Shown here piece by piece: positions 49,402 to 62,012 of a DNA stretch of 64,000 bases. The stretch comes from Anthoceros angustus. Lineage: Eukaryota > Plantae > Anthocerotophyta. The notes below the pieces were generated by a model, which did not search any database, was not told the origin of the DNA, and saw only the letters and a program-made list of their open reading frames with translations. The stretch spans positions 1-64,000 of the forward strand of contig MU008202.1 of the NCBI GenBank assembly GCA_010909165.1. The letters run 5' to 3'. The translations under genes were made by a program, and so were the position numbers. The number at the start of each line of letters is the position of its first letter. Positions within the stretch are counted from its first letter, which is position 1.

Positions 49402-51649
49402 TCTCTGCTTTCTTTGACGTCTCCCTGATCTTCACAATGGTGCAAAACACGATTTCGCGAGTGTGTGCTCCAGCGTGGAGAATGTTCAATTTAGAGGCCG
49501 CCGTGAACGAGCAGGGCTGTTTCCCCAGTGACACCAAACGCACACATGTTGTACGCTAAGCGCAAGCGCATGCTTTCATCTGCAGTGCACCTCGAGTGAC
49601 TAGGACTGCAGCTGCTCCCGGCTAGTCAGTGCCCCCGCCAAATGTGAGAACCTTTCCCGCCCTTCCACGTTCCTCAACATCGCTCCCTCGTCCGGAGTCC
49701 TCCAATATTGGAGAGGGACTTCTTACACATGTCAATCGCCACCCTTGTTAATCTGAACTTCATTCTCATCTATTCGTTTTACAAAATTTGAACCAAAAGA
49801 GTAGTACCTCTCGCACTAGTTGCATAGCTAATCGGGGAGGGACACAAGCAAACACAAGAAAGAAATGAAATCTACTAAAGTCCATTAAGACTGCAATTTC
49901 ATCGTGCACTTGTACCTCGGAGAATAAATTAATCAGTTTTATGTACAAAATTAAAAATAATTAAAATTATTATATATATAATATTAAAAAACATAACTTA
50001 TCTTCGGGAGGATGAATGAAACTCCAAACATCATAGCTTATTATTTGATTAGATAAAAAAATATTTTAATTTTTTTTAATAATTGGTCTCTTTGTTAACT
50101 TTGTTAATTTAAAATTAATATGCTTGAAAGATAAAAGAGCTGTGTGCTCCAACTCTTTTGTTTCCACATCGGAGAGATAGAAAGATGCCTTTAAGACTGC
50201 TTATGAGGGGGTGCCAATAATTGAACAAGAGAGAATAACAATTGGAACCCGCTTGAGAGTAATATAGTTTGGCACACAAGGGAGTATTTCACAATAGTGA
50301 ATGAATTGGTTTGGAGACTTTTATCTTGAATTAACACCATGCTCAACTTATTAACAGGTTGTTAACAAGAAAAAAAAACATTAAGGTTGATGCTCAACTT
50401 ATCGGCAGGTTATTAACAATAAAAATTAATGTTGGTGCAGAACTTATTAGTGGGTTATTAACAAGAGAAAATAAAATTAGGTTGGTTCTGAAACGCTGAG
50501 CATTGTGAAATCATAAGTAGTGCTGCATTTGAGTTGAAAAGCTAGCACGCTAGTATCTTACATCAAAGCCCGTTAAGAGTCTATGGGATTACGTTACTTT
50601 TGTAGGATGATGATCCCATAGGGAGCACATTAAACCCTATTGTTGTTATAGCTTTGAGATTCTCTCCCGGAAACCGTACTTGAGTATGATTTGCTTTTAT
50701 TACAAATATTCTCACTATACAACACCACGCACCTAATCTTAAGACGGGATGACAAGTACAACTACAAGCATTAAGTCAGTCTCACAGCTTGTGTGATACA
50801 TCCGTACCATATGTTTGTTTTGTTTTGTTTTATTTTATGTTGGAACATAGTTATACAAGTTTAGATGCACCACAAAGGTATTATGCTCGCAAATCCACAT
50901 GGAAAGATGCAATGGGTTCACCTTATAATATATGCTTATGTACAAGACCATAAAAAAGGCTACAAAGTGAGTATTTTAAGTAAGCCCTTGTAATTTGATT
51001 GTCTAGTAAGAAGATGTCGCACTAAATAAACACTTGCATTCATGTATGCACTTCCTCAACAGACAACCAAGCAAAATAAATCTAATATGCAAATATAGGT
51101 GCAACACTAAGAAAGAACGCACGTCGTGGCACAACAACACTCTTCCCATGAAAACAACACGCAAATTCCTCACACATGGCTCTCGGAGTCAGAGCTTTGG
51201 CTCCTCACAACAATCTTGCATTGCATATCTAGAGGACAAGCTATGATCTGAGTTTGTCCTCCTAATTCTATATATATATACTGCATCGATATTCTAAGGT
51301 ATCTTATTGGCATCATCATATGCCGGAAATATCATAAGAATACACTATAATATGTAAAGGAATATGCTAAAACATATTACTTGTGCTAATCCACTTAGCT
51401 ATTGCTAACCATATTTAATTAACACTAATCAATGCTTAATTAACATAAGCGTTTGGACAATGTTAACATAAACAATGCTAATCAAACACTAAACCCAAGT
51501 GCAGAGATTAGTGTTACACAGCATGACACATATCTTAGTAGTGTTTGTCGTGATATTAAGTATGCTATTAACTGCTATAGTCATGACCTTGTTGATATAG
51601 TGCGCAAGTAACGTGCTGTACATATGACACAAAAAGGTGCTCACTGTTT

Positions 51650-52110
51650 TCTAGTTGTTGTATGTGTCCATAAGATTTGCTGACCTTAGTTAATGTAAGA
51701 TATGCATATAGAATTGAAAGCATGATGAGAAATATTTGTAACAGAATATTGCATGAAATCAATAGGGAAAATTTGGCCTCAACAAGATGAAATTTGAGGA
51801 ACTACTTTGTATATATTGTTGAGCCTTGGCTTGCTTAAAATTTGTATCCCTTGCATGTAAGAATGTGCTAATGAGCTAACTTGATTTTGCATGTGATAGT
51901 GTGCTCTTCACGGCTTCCATGACAAAGGAATTGAATTTAATTAGGTAGTTCTTACCGAGCACTTAGCATCGAACTCTTCCATGAAGGTGACTATGGGTTG
52001 ACTAGGATGCCGTTTGGCATCCTTTTGTGAAATTGCCTTGTGAATAGACCACAGCAGGTCATGAATGAAACCTTCACTACCATCCTCATTATTCATAGTT
52101 TAGAATTTCT
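51650..52110 (-). mobile_element. Possible degenerate TE-derived coding remnant in an AT-rich region
   Basis: Stop-riddled coding-like sequence; family not assignable. Confidence 0.25.
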
Positions 52111-52700
52111 GGCAAGTACTAGTGTGCATATTTTACGTTAAGGACTAATTTTGCTGCATTCCAACATAGAGTTGGCATGTAAGCTATCATCTCTTGGGCT
52201 GTTCCAACACATTTTCATTAGCATGTTTGTGAAGTTAATTTTGCTGCTTTCCAACATAGAGTTGGTATGTAAACTATCAACGCTTGTATAGGTAGGGTGT
52301 TCCAACACACTTTCATTGTGAGTGCGGTAGAGTTATGCGCCCCCAAAAGAGTGGCATGTCCATTAATTGGATCGCTTAACGTTTTGCATTTGAGTTTCAC
52401 ACATAATATTCTTGCCGTGCCACCTAGCCTAGCAATAACAAAACTTCAATCTAAAAAACTTATCATAATTTACTTGTATGTTTTTAATAAAATAGTGGTA
52501 TCATTTACATCGCCCGGAAACAAAGAAAACCTGCGCTCGTTCGAAAGAACATGTGCTTGCCTAGGAGAAGGAAAACGTGGGTGCAAAGCCAGCGGTTTGC
52601 GTGCAGCTGGTAAAGGACAGACGTGTGGTTTGCAAGGAAAGTGAAGTGAGGTTCCTTTCCCCAGCCAATTGATGACTAGTATGTACAGTCCGCTGATGAG

Positions 52701-53995
52701 TTAGCCCACGGTGGAATCAACACCCGCATCTGGGAACTTCTCATGGGGTTTGGGTACATTTTCCTCATACGGACGATCCCCCGCACTGCCTAGCAAGGGA
52801 GCTTTCTCAGATTCATCAATGCCACCAGCCGTGGTCTGCCCCGCATCTGCATTCCGATCAAAACAGACGTCAGGAATAACCGAATAACCAGTCGGTGCTC
52901 ATCACTAGAGCATTTCCGTGCCAAAAACTCACCGGATGAGTGTCCAACAGGAAGGTCGGGCACAGAATCGTCTCCGCCAGAAACGCTCCTATCCGGCTTA
53001 TCCACCCCACTGAAGTTCCTCGCATCACCACGCAGCCCATGGACTTGTGTTGCACTGAGCAGTCCCGCTCGCTCGTTCAGGTCAGCAGCAGCTTGCATCG
53101 ATGCAGCAACTCCCCCGGGCACGATCTGGCCGTCGCCGCCCCGAAGCTCGGCTTCCCGGATCTTGGCCGCGTCTTCCTGCGTAACTACCTTGTCCGCATA
53201 CAACTGCACAGTTGCGTCCTGATTGGACAACCCACAATGCCACCCATCAAAAAACAGCCAGGTGCAGATGCTCGAAGACGCACATTTCCAGCAGAACAAG
53301 GATATCTTACAACGAGCACATCGCCGAGGGTGGTGGGGTCCTCGGTGTCCCCCTGGAGGTTGAGCTCGGCCGCGGACTGCGCCGTGGCGGCCAGCCCTCC
53401 ATGCACCACGGCGGGCAGCCCCGTGGCCCGGGCCTCGGCGCTCTGGATCGCGCGCGCGTCCTGCAGTTGCACAGGCCGGTCTCCCGCCCCGACTGCCGCA
53501 GCCTCCAGGGCCTGTTGATCACAGAGGGACTGAATGTCACACTACCCACTTCACCACAGCCGACCGAGGGCAATTGCAACCATCCTCACGACCCACCGGC
53601 AATCCGGCACTCACCTCTCCGATGGTGACGGCCTCGGAGGCGGCGATGTCGGCCCGGGTGGGCATGGGACATGCCGTCTGCACCACCGGCTGCCCGGCAA
53701 CGTACTCCGTCTCCAGCAGGGCCCCCGGCAGCACCGTCTCCACCACCGTGACCCCGGTCTCCGCCACGGGCGAGTGCGCGTCCTTGGCCACAAACCCGAA
53801 CTGCACGTTCCTGGCGGCGGCCGCCTGCATCGCGGACGCGGCCCCGTGCTTCTGCGTCCTCCCCGTGGCCAGCGCCTCAGCGCTCTGCATCAGGGCGGCA
53901 TCCTCCGGCGTCACAGCCTGCTCCGCGATGTCCCCCGGGACGCTCAGGAACACATCCCCGTAGGTGACCGGCCGCTGCGGCTGCTCCTGGCTCAT
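52701..53995 (-). CDS. Seed maturation protein / LEA D-34 (SMP family), three SMP repeats plus C-terminal tail
   Basis: 'MSQEQPQRPVTYGDVF', 'DAALMQSAE', 'VTIGE|ALEAAA', 'DARAIQSAEARATG', 'TTLGDVL|..DKVVTQEDA..GGVAASMQAAADLN'. Exons 53995-53615, 53511-53311, 53218-~52937 and a last exon ending at 52701. Confidence 0.9.
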
Positions 53996-54139
53996 CTTTG
54001 CTCCACAATCGAGACCCACAAAACTCAGTGCTGCTGCTTCCTCCTGGGTGCCTCAAACTGGTAGCAAGCTGCTCTCCAATCCAGATCGATGGCTTCTGCG
54101 AGAAGGTGGCAGACCCGGTCAGTATATGTAGTTGCCGTA

Positions 54140-54192
54140 GCCAGGGAGGACGGCGACACGCGGCACGCGCCCAGAGAGCCGTGGGGACACGT
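54140..54192 (-). promoter_or_regulatory. ABRE (ACGTGTC) with adjacent CE3-like CGCGTG motifs upstream of the SMP gene
   Basis: Minus-strand ACGTGTC at 54192-54186; CGCGTGTC and CGCGTG at ~54155-54170. Confidence 0.55.
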
Positions 54193-54995
54193 TGCGATAT
54201 GCAGGTGGCATCCTGCTACTGTGGCTTGGAAGATTGCATTAACCGGCCCGATTTGAGGATTTAATAGGGCCAAGTTAATGCGCCACCTGCCCGCCTGGTC
54301 TGGTCGTACGATACATATTCGACTGCGATGCTCGTTGCGCAGACTGCGCAGACGAGGATGTGGAGGGTCTTGGCTCTCTCGATGGTGGGAGCGGGGAGTG
54401 ATTGTTAATTATGAAGTTTGTAGGTACATGTCGGTCTTCGGAAAGTTTGGAACTGGTCTACTGGTGGCCACTATGACTCATGCATGAGCAGCAGGGTATT
54501 TGTCCTCGGGTGATTCTTGTCATATCCGAGCTCCTCGTGCCACCGAAATGTGATGTCATGTGGCCTAGTGTGGCCATGTAATTCGTCTGGTGAAGTCGGA
54601 AGAATCGAGAAGCAACGTGCGTGCATCGATTCGGGGCCTGGTACAGAGGGATACACAGGATGGTCTTCTCGGAGGATAGAAATTTGCACAATGCACCATT
54701 TGACTTACCAAATTGTCCAGTGGTGCTCAGTTCCTATCAGTTTCCGGAATCCGAATTGGTGACAAGACGTTAGAATCGCTACAACATTGTCACTCAGCAT
54801 GGGCGTCTTATGTGAATGGTAGACGCGACAAGACTATGTAGGTACTTACTACTGTATGTCTGTCTGTCTGTTTGCTGCAGTAACTTGAGATGGGGAGCTC
54901 TCAAGGGGCCAGGAATTTGGCAAATGATCTTGTAGCAGCCTTGAATTTGTTGCTAACAGGAGAGGGAAACAGCGTGAGCTGGGTTGGTGGATGGG

Positions 54996-56816
54996 TCATT
55001 TCACTTCTGCTCCGGGATTGTTCACTATGCTGTTGACCACTTCAAGAACCTTGTCCACATCCACTGTGAGGCTGGTGTTCTTCCCGCCGGGACTGTAGAA
55101 GAGGTGGTATCCGAAGTTGAGCACCCCGGCCAGGTTCTCGTAGCAGCTGTTGGAGAAGTCGGTGGGGCGGACCTCTATTACAGACGAGCCGTAAGGCATG
55201 AACACCATGTTGGACAGTCCAGCCCCGTGGGGGGAGATGTAGATCACCGCCCTGGAGAACAGAGCTCGGATATCCTTGAACATTTGCTTCCTCTTCATGC
55301 TGTCTTTATAGTGGAAGAGCTTAACCCTGGCCTCCCCATAGGTCTGGGTCAAGCTCTCCAGGAGGGAGGCGGTCTCGTTCACTCGCCGGGTGGTGTCCCT
55401 GTACCCCACCACGATCCACCAGTCCTGCACCCGCTCGAACACGCTCCGGTTGTCGTTCTCCAGGTGAAGGTACTGCTGCCTGATCTTCTCCCACCCCACA
55501 GGGGAGCTCTGGCCGCAGGGCTGGCTGACGGCTGTAATCAGGGTGTTAGCGTACGCCAGATCCTGCTGCCCATCCATGTAATGGACGTTGAACTCGTCCA
55601 AAGACTCCAGTTCCAGAACCTGCAAAACATATCGGTAGTGGTCGTCGTTGCGGGACACCAAAACTGGAATCCCCGGCATGCTGCGGAGAATGGGCAGCAG
55701 CACAGCCCACTTGGGCACCGACTCTACCAGCGCATGGTAGTAGTTGTAGAGGCCCATGGTGAGGCTGACAGCCACATCAAACCGTGTAAGATTAGTGACT
55801 CCACTGGTGAAGAGTGGGTTGCTGAAGTGCTCCCCGCACCCGCCCTTGAGATACATGTTGTGGGCGTCGAAGATCTGCGCGTGGTAGTTGGTGTAGACGT
55901 TGGACATGACCGCCACAGCCCCGAAGTACTCCCCATACATGAGCAGGGTGCGAGCAACATGATCGCCCCCCACCAAATGCTCCGGGATGGACCTCGGAAA
56001 CGGCCCCCGAGAGTTGAGGCACACGGCAGCCAGCCCGTGCACCGCCTTCCCACATTGCCAGAAATCCGGGCACTCCAGCCTCCAGCCCCTCCCCGGCCGG
56101 ATCTCCAGCGCAGTCGGCCCCGCTCCAGAGCACAAGTTGGGCAGATTGTGGAAGGCCCGGGTATTGAGGTCGTAGAGGGTGTGGAAGGTGAGGTTGTCCG
56201 GCAGAGCCTCCAGCTTCTCCTGCACGTGGTACTTTCCTCGAAGGCTGCGCTGCGCAACGGGCCCAACTCCTGCACCAAAGATTGTCATGAGGCATGCGGC
56301 TATTGCTATTGCTGCTGCTGCTGCTGCTGCTGCCAATTCCCAACAACCGTGAGCTCCAGAGGCTCATCAGAGTCCATCGCACTCACCTCGGCCTGCACCA
56401 ATGCCGTCTTGTTCTTCGAAGCCGCTCACAACGGTGTTGAGGAAATTGAGGCCGACGCTCCCACCTTCCTCCGCCTCTTCCCGACGGGAGACTCCATCGC
56501 TGTGCCGCTCCGCCCTGAGCAGGCTCCCGTGGGGCCGCGCGAAGGAGAGCTCCTGGCTGTCGAGGAAGGCGGCCTTGGGCAGCCCCGCGTTGTGCAGGGC
56601 GTCGGGCCGCACCTGCAGCCGGCAGAGCGCGCGGCGGTAGGGCGAGAGCAGGGATTCCGAGTCCGAGTCCGAGTCCGAGCCCTCCTTGTCCCCCTCCCAC
56701 GTCCCATCCCAGCTGCACGACAGCAGGTGCACGCAGAGGTGGGTGGTGGCCACGAAGAGCACAAGCAGGCAGAAGCGCAGGAACATCCTCCACCACAGGC
56801 CCGGGCTACTCGTCAT
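54996..56816 (-). CDS. Glycosyltransferase family 61 / DUF563 protein
   Basis: Large exon with 'NYYHALVE', 'HGAGLSNMVFM..SSVIEV'. A probable 5' exon (56816-~56388) carries a signal anchor; whether it joins this ORF is an inference. Confidence 0.8.
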
Positions 56817-57381
56817 GGCCCCTAGTCCCCTGCTCAACACCGGTACCAGCAGCTCCCAGCATTGTACCGTGCAATGCCGTGCGATGCAATGCAGTGCAGT
56901 GCAATGCAGGATGCAAGCAAGCTTGAAGCAACCCTGAGGGGCAGCCCCTGGGCAGAAGCAGAAGCAGAAGCGGAAGCTGAAGCACAACCTCCGTGCTTAT
57001 CCCGCTGCATCGGACATGGAGCAATGAGGCGGAAGGACAGGCACCCACCAGCGCCCAGGCACCACCCACCTCCACGCAGGCCGCTGGTACGGCAGATTGG
57101 GGGGCTGCAACAACGGACAAAGTCGGTGATTGATGATGCCTCGCAGCGCCTGGAGTGGCGTAGCGTCCGCTACCTCTGCTTTCTTTCTTTTGCGATCACA
57201 GTCAAGCCGAGCCCAAGGAGGCGGAAAAGGTGCTCATGAGAGGGGGGCAGTTGGGCGACTCCCGATCGCTGGTCTCAATTATCGGGGCGAGCGCAAGAGC
57301 GCGATACCCGGTACTTCGCCTCCAACTGACTTGATCATCGAGGCCCAAAGGGCGAGACCGTGAGAGAGACTCTGACGCCGA

Positions 57382-57464
57382 GGCAGAGGCAGAGGCAGAG
57401 GCAGAGGTAGAGGTAGAGGTAGAGGCACAGGCACAGGCAGAGGCACCGGCACAGGCACAGGCAC

Positions 57465-57505
<41 letters not shown>

Positions 57506-57508
57506 GAG
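57382..57508. repeat. Compound hexamer microsatellite (GGCAGA/GGTAGA/GGCACA)n
   Basis: About 21 consecutive hexamers. Confidence 0.95.
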
Positions 57509-58561
57509 GCTTAACAGTTTCCTGGGCACTGGGCAGCCCACACACACTTTGCACGGGTGACATGGGACGACGCTCCGGACGAGGACGACAAGACCATTGT
57601 CCACTCTCTCAAATTTTATGGCACTTGTCCGGACTCTGGACGCTCCCAGAGCACGGTCGGGGCCCGCCTCTGGGATCCGGACCGGAACCGGAACACTCGG
57701 CCGCTGGGCCCTCAGGCTGCGCCCGCCCCATTTATGTATGCTACCTCCGCCACTCGCACCCCAACATGCTTTCTGCCTTTCCATCAATGCGTTATAAAAA
57801 CCCCACTTCTCAGCATCTATGATTTTGCAGAGCTTTATTGACTACGGAGATATGGATAAACCCATCCTCACAGGTGGTCACGGCGTCGTGGCGTGGAGCG
57901 CTATGCCTTTGTACGCATTAGACTTGGACTGTGAAAACACCTCCTTACCATTCCAAATTCCGGATGTCGTTCCCTTGTCTCATCCTTATGTTGAGAATTG
58001 CTCCTCCCACCTCCAAACCATGCACTGTGATTGCCTCTTTGTTGTCCTGGCTGTCTGATAATTGCTCTTCAATCCCTTTACTGTCAATACTAGGAGACAA
58101 ATAAGAAACCGGTAGGTCTTTGGAACACGCTCCACAAGTATTGCTATTGCGAACCTCGGAGATCTTGAGTTGCGATTATTCCTTCCCCGAACTGCGTCAC
58201 CGATTCTCGAGAAGGGCATGTAACTTCTAAGTAGGATGCATTATGCTTCTCTAAAATTTAATCTTGATTCTTATATTTTTATCATATTCTGATTTTAATT
58301 TTTTATCTATTAGTAAAATATATTTACTATATTATCTCTCTTACTATATTTACCAATTATGATAAAGAAAGTAAGCACCCAGGACGTCCCATCTTTGAAG
58401 AGGTGGTAGAGAACAAACCACAAGAGAGCCTAGGTCAAAAGGGGGCCTAGTTCCCTCGTGTGTCTACTCTGAACTCACCTACCTTCCCCATGCTATCATT
58501 ATGTGGGATAGGAAAAGGCCTACTTACCACCCAAACTGAAGATATCGCATCTCCCACCTTC

Positions 58562-58714
58562 AAAGTTGTCTTCAAGATGACACTTGCCAATGCCCTCCAC
58601 AACAATGGAAGGTCATCATAAAGCACGTTGTTAACATAAAGTTGTCCTCAAGATGACACTTGCCAATGCCCTCCCACAAAAATGGAAGGTCATCATAAAG
58701 CACGTTGTTAACAT
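58562..58714. repeat. Two-copy ~76-bp tandem duplication
   Basis: AAAGTTGTC..GTTGTTAACAT occurs twice, nearly identical. Confidence 0.9.
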
Positions 58715-59185
58715 AGCGTTGGCCAACGCTCTCTCTGTTCGGCTATGGAAGATTGTGATAAAGAAGGTAATTGATATGATATGGAGCACCTCGCACACAA
58801 TGGAACTCGTAATCATGGACAATAGGAATTCTTTTCTAAATAACAACGAAATCTAGGTCTAGGCCTTACTAGCCCCCAAAATAGAGATTCCAACAAGATC
58901 ATGTTAAATATCGAGAAAAAAACACTTCTAGCGCCTCTCTCTCTCTCTCTATGCATATATATATTATATAAATTAAAATCTGTCTACAAGCTATGTATAC
59001 CACACTCGACTGTTTTAGGATGAGAAATGCGGGTTGGTAAGGATCAGGCTTTGAAAATAATTGATTACCGACATAAGTTACGAAGTACTCACTGGTGCTT
59101 CGCCTCCGCCTCCGTTTTCGGTTCGTTGGTGCCAGTGTACTGAAGAAGTCAAGCTACGCTACATACTTCACCTGGGCACCTGGTG

Positions 59186-60837
59186 ATGGGTCCGAGAGCG
59201 AGAGGGAAAAAGGCGTCCCGGGTGTCTGCAGCCCGTTCCAGGAGAGAGTCCCAAGCCATCGCTGACCTCGTAGCTTGGGCCTCCTCACTTTCTTCAACTT
59301 CCGCTGCTTCCAACCTACATGGCAAGGCTAAGCCTGGGCCTGCCTCCGCTCCACTTTTCGATCTGCACACGCACAGCACGTGCAGCGATGGCAGACTGAC
59401 GCCCTCTGAGCTTGTTGCCAGAGCTCATACAATTGGGGTTGGTATACGATGTGGAAATTTCCATTGTTCAGATTGGTGGGGATGTTTATCGTCTTTAGTG
59501 ATGTGGTTCGGCCTATAGGATGTTGGGTTGTTGCGCAGGTGCAGGTGCTAGCTCTCACTGACCATGACACCATGGCAGGGGTGCCGGCTGCCATAGAAGC
59601 GGGTCTGAAGCTTGGCTTGCGGGTTATACCCGGTGTGGAGATCAGCGGGCTGCATCAGGGAAGGTGAGGTGCTTTCTGGTGCAGGCAGGTGGGCAGGCAA
59701 GGCTAGGCAGTGGGGGGGTTTGGCGGGAGGGGGGGATCGTCAGACCCGGCTTCTGAGTTCATTGCTTGTGTTTCAGTGAGCCTGTGCACATTCTAGCTTA
59801 TTATGGACCTTGTGGCCCTACAAAGGTTACTGAACTCAATGCGGTGTTACATGGAATTCGGGAAGGACGATTTCGTCGGGCGCAATCTATGGTGCAAAAG
59901 CTTCGAGCATTGGGAAAGGAAATTGGATGGGAGCGTGTACTGGATATTGCTGGGGAGGGAGTTGCACCAGGACGGGTGCATGTGGCCAGGGCACTGGTGG
60001 AGGCAGGGCATGTCGCCACTGAGCAAGAGGCATTTGTTAGCTATCTCCATGACGGTGGTCCTGCATATGCCGAGTAAGTTGGGTCTCTTTTTGCCTTTAC
60101 GCTGGAACACCAGATGCCACGTTTTCACCCCTGTCCTGCTCTTTTGCCTACAGGGGTGCCGAGCCTCCTGCGAATGAGGTGGTTCGGCTCATATGTTGCA
60201 CCGGAGGGGTTGCAGTGCTAGCACATCCATGGTCCCTGAAGAACAGTTTTGCAGTTATTCGAAGCTTGAAGTCAGCGGGGCTTCATGGGATGGAAGTGTA
60301 CAGAGGAAGTGGTAAGGCTCCTGCCGAGTCTTGTGCGGCCTTTAGTCGTTTTGTGGCTATTGCTCCATTGCCCTGCCCTTCTCACTGCCCCGTCCTCTTG
60401 CTGACTTAGGTCGCCCTGATGGCTTCGGAGCCTTGTGTGAAGCCTACGGGTTGTTCAAGTTGGGGGGTTCGGATTTTCACGGGAAAGGTGATCCCAATGA
60501 GACACAGCTAGGTGGTGTGTCTCTGCCTGCACTAGTACTCCAGAGGTTTCTCAACACAGCAGAGCCTATTTGGAGAGCAGCATTGAAGGACATCTTACAT
60601 GACTTTGCAGATGACAGTAAAGAAGCATCTGCAGTGGAGCTGGCCAAGTCAGCATCCTCGTTTGCAGGGTTCGAAGGAGTGAAGACGACAGCTTTAAGGA
60701 ATGCTGCTGGGTCCAGATTGCGGGTGTCTCCCTGGTTGACAGGAAAGGAACTCATGTGGGTTCAGGAAGAAGCAGCTTTGCTTCAGCTCCTTGCAGATAC
60801 TGGATATGAAACCCCCTCAAGCGAACAGAACCAGTAG
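59186..60837 (+). CDS. PHP-domain phosphoesterase (TrpH/YciV-like nucleoside bisphosphate phosphatase family)
   Basis: 'DLHTHSTCSDG', 'ALTDHDT', 'IPGVEIS', 'VHILAY', 'VLAHP', 'GGSDFHG'; multi-exon. Confidence 0.92.
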
Positions 60838-61516
60838 TAGGACCAACTTTGTCATATTCACGAATTTGGGGCGAACATACATTTGAAGGATTCTTCTGCA
60901 ATGTGGATGGTGCCCCCATTTGCGGTTGACCAGGCTATCATGTCAGACTGGGGTTCTCATTTGCAACAGGTGCTTGAGAACCTCGAGGTCACATCCCTCA
61001 AAATCTGCTACCCTCCTTTTCGTAAATGGAACCCCGCTACAGTAGGACCAACGCATTCATTTATTTATTCCAAGCTGATCACTAGAGTGTCTTTCCCAGT
61101 ATGTACAAAGACGGACTGCACTGCTGCAGGTTTATCTATGTTAAACATTGAAATATAAAAGGACCCGACCACAAAGTGCGGCGCTTCAAGTGGGGACAGT
61201 TCCGACAGCTCAAGCTGGCTCCAAATAATACCTGGTCTGCATTTCGTGAAAAAGTAGAGCATTACAAGCGCATTCCAGCTGCCACTGCAGAATCTCCCAC
61301 AGCTCTCCTTCCATTCACATCGTCTGCTGGTGGCATCTGGCTCAACATGTACCCTCAATGACAGACTCTGTTCCACTGCGACAGGCAATCCAGAACGCAG
61401 ATAGTAACGAATGGAACCACATATCCGAGGGAGAGCCACAACTATTAGCCATCTACTGAACTCTGGGAGAATCACCAGTCAGTCCCAAATTTGAGACATG
61501 GTGCATTCCAAAACAC

Positions 61517-61762
61517 CTACTTCCGCTTCTTGAGCACGGGAGACTTGTCTTCCTTGCATGCCTCATCTCCTGGTGTCGAGTTGACGTCTTGAGCCTCATC
61601 AACAGGGGTGCCGTGGCGAATAAGGTAGCTCGCAAACTCCTCCATGCATTGTTCCTTCAGCTCCAACAGACCATCAGACAGCTGCCTGGGGTTTGACACG
61701 CTTCTTGCGAATGCTTCGTCCATGCCTAGCGTGATAGTCACGCGAGCGACCGGACGATCCAT
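61517..61762 (-). CDS. Small uncharacterised protein (81 aa), head-to-head with proteasome alpha-6
   Basis: ATG-to-TAG ORF with an amphipathic helix (LLELKEQCMEEFASYL) and a basic C-terminus (KKRK). Confidence 0.6.
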   Translation of the reverse strand: MDRPVARVTITLGMDEAFARSVSNPRQLSDGLLELKEQCMEEFASYLIRHGTPVDEAQDVNSTPGDEACKEDKSPVLKKRK

Positions 61763-62012
61763 GGCCTCTCGAGATGCTTCCCACGAAGTCGCCTTCTCTA
61801 AAACGAGAGTGCGAAAAAGCGTCGGTCTACTGGCCTAACTTCAATTCTTACTGTTAGGGTTGAGGTGCTGGTTACGGTAACGGGCGGGAGCTAGTAAAAC
61901 AACTTGTGGCTTCTGGTCCGGCTTGTACACCTTTGCCACTAGGTGCACGCTGGTGCTTGGTGTGGTCCGGCTCTTCTTCCAGCTCCACAGTCACAGATAC
62001 CTAGCACACATC

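Larger units (their letters stand above)
48710..50525. repeat. Segmental duplication, copy 2
   Basis: Matches 44696-46361. Contains an extra insert with three ~47-bp AT-rich repeats at ~50340-50480. Confidence 0.9.

Noticed and set aside
54984-56825. 613-aa plus-strand ORF
   Set aside because: Antisense shadow of the GT61 gene; no independent motifs.
57557-58058. Plus-strand small ORFs after the microsatellite
   Set aside because: No motif or convincing splice chain.
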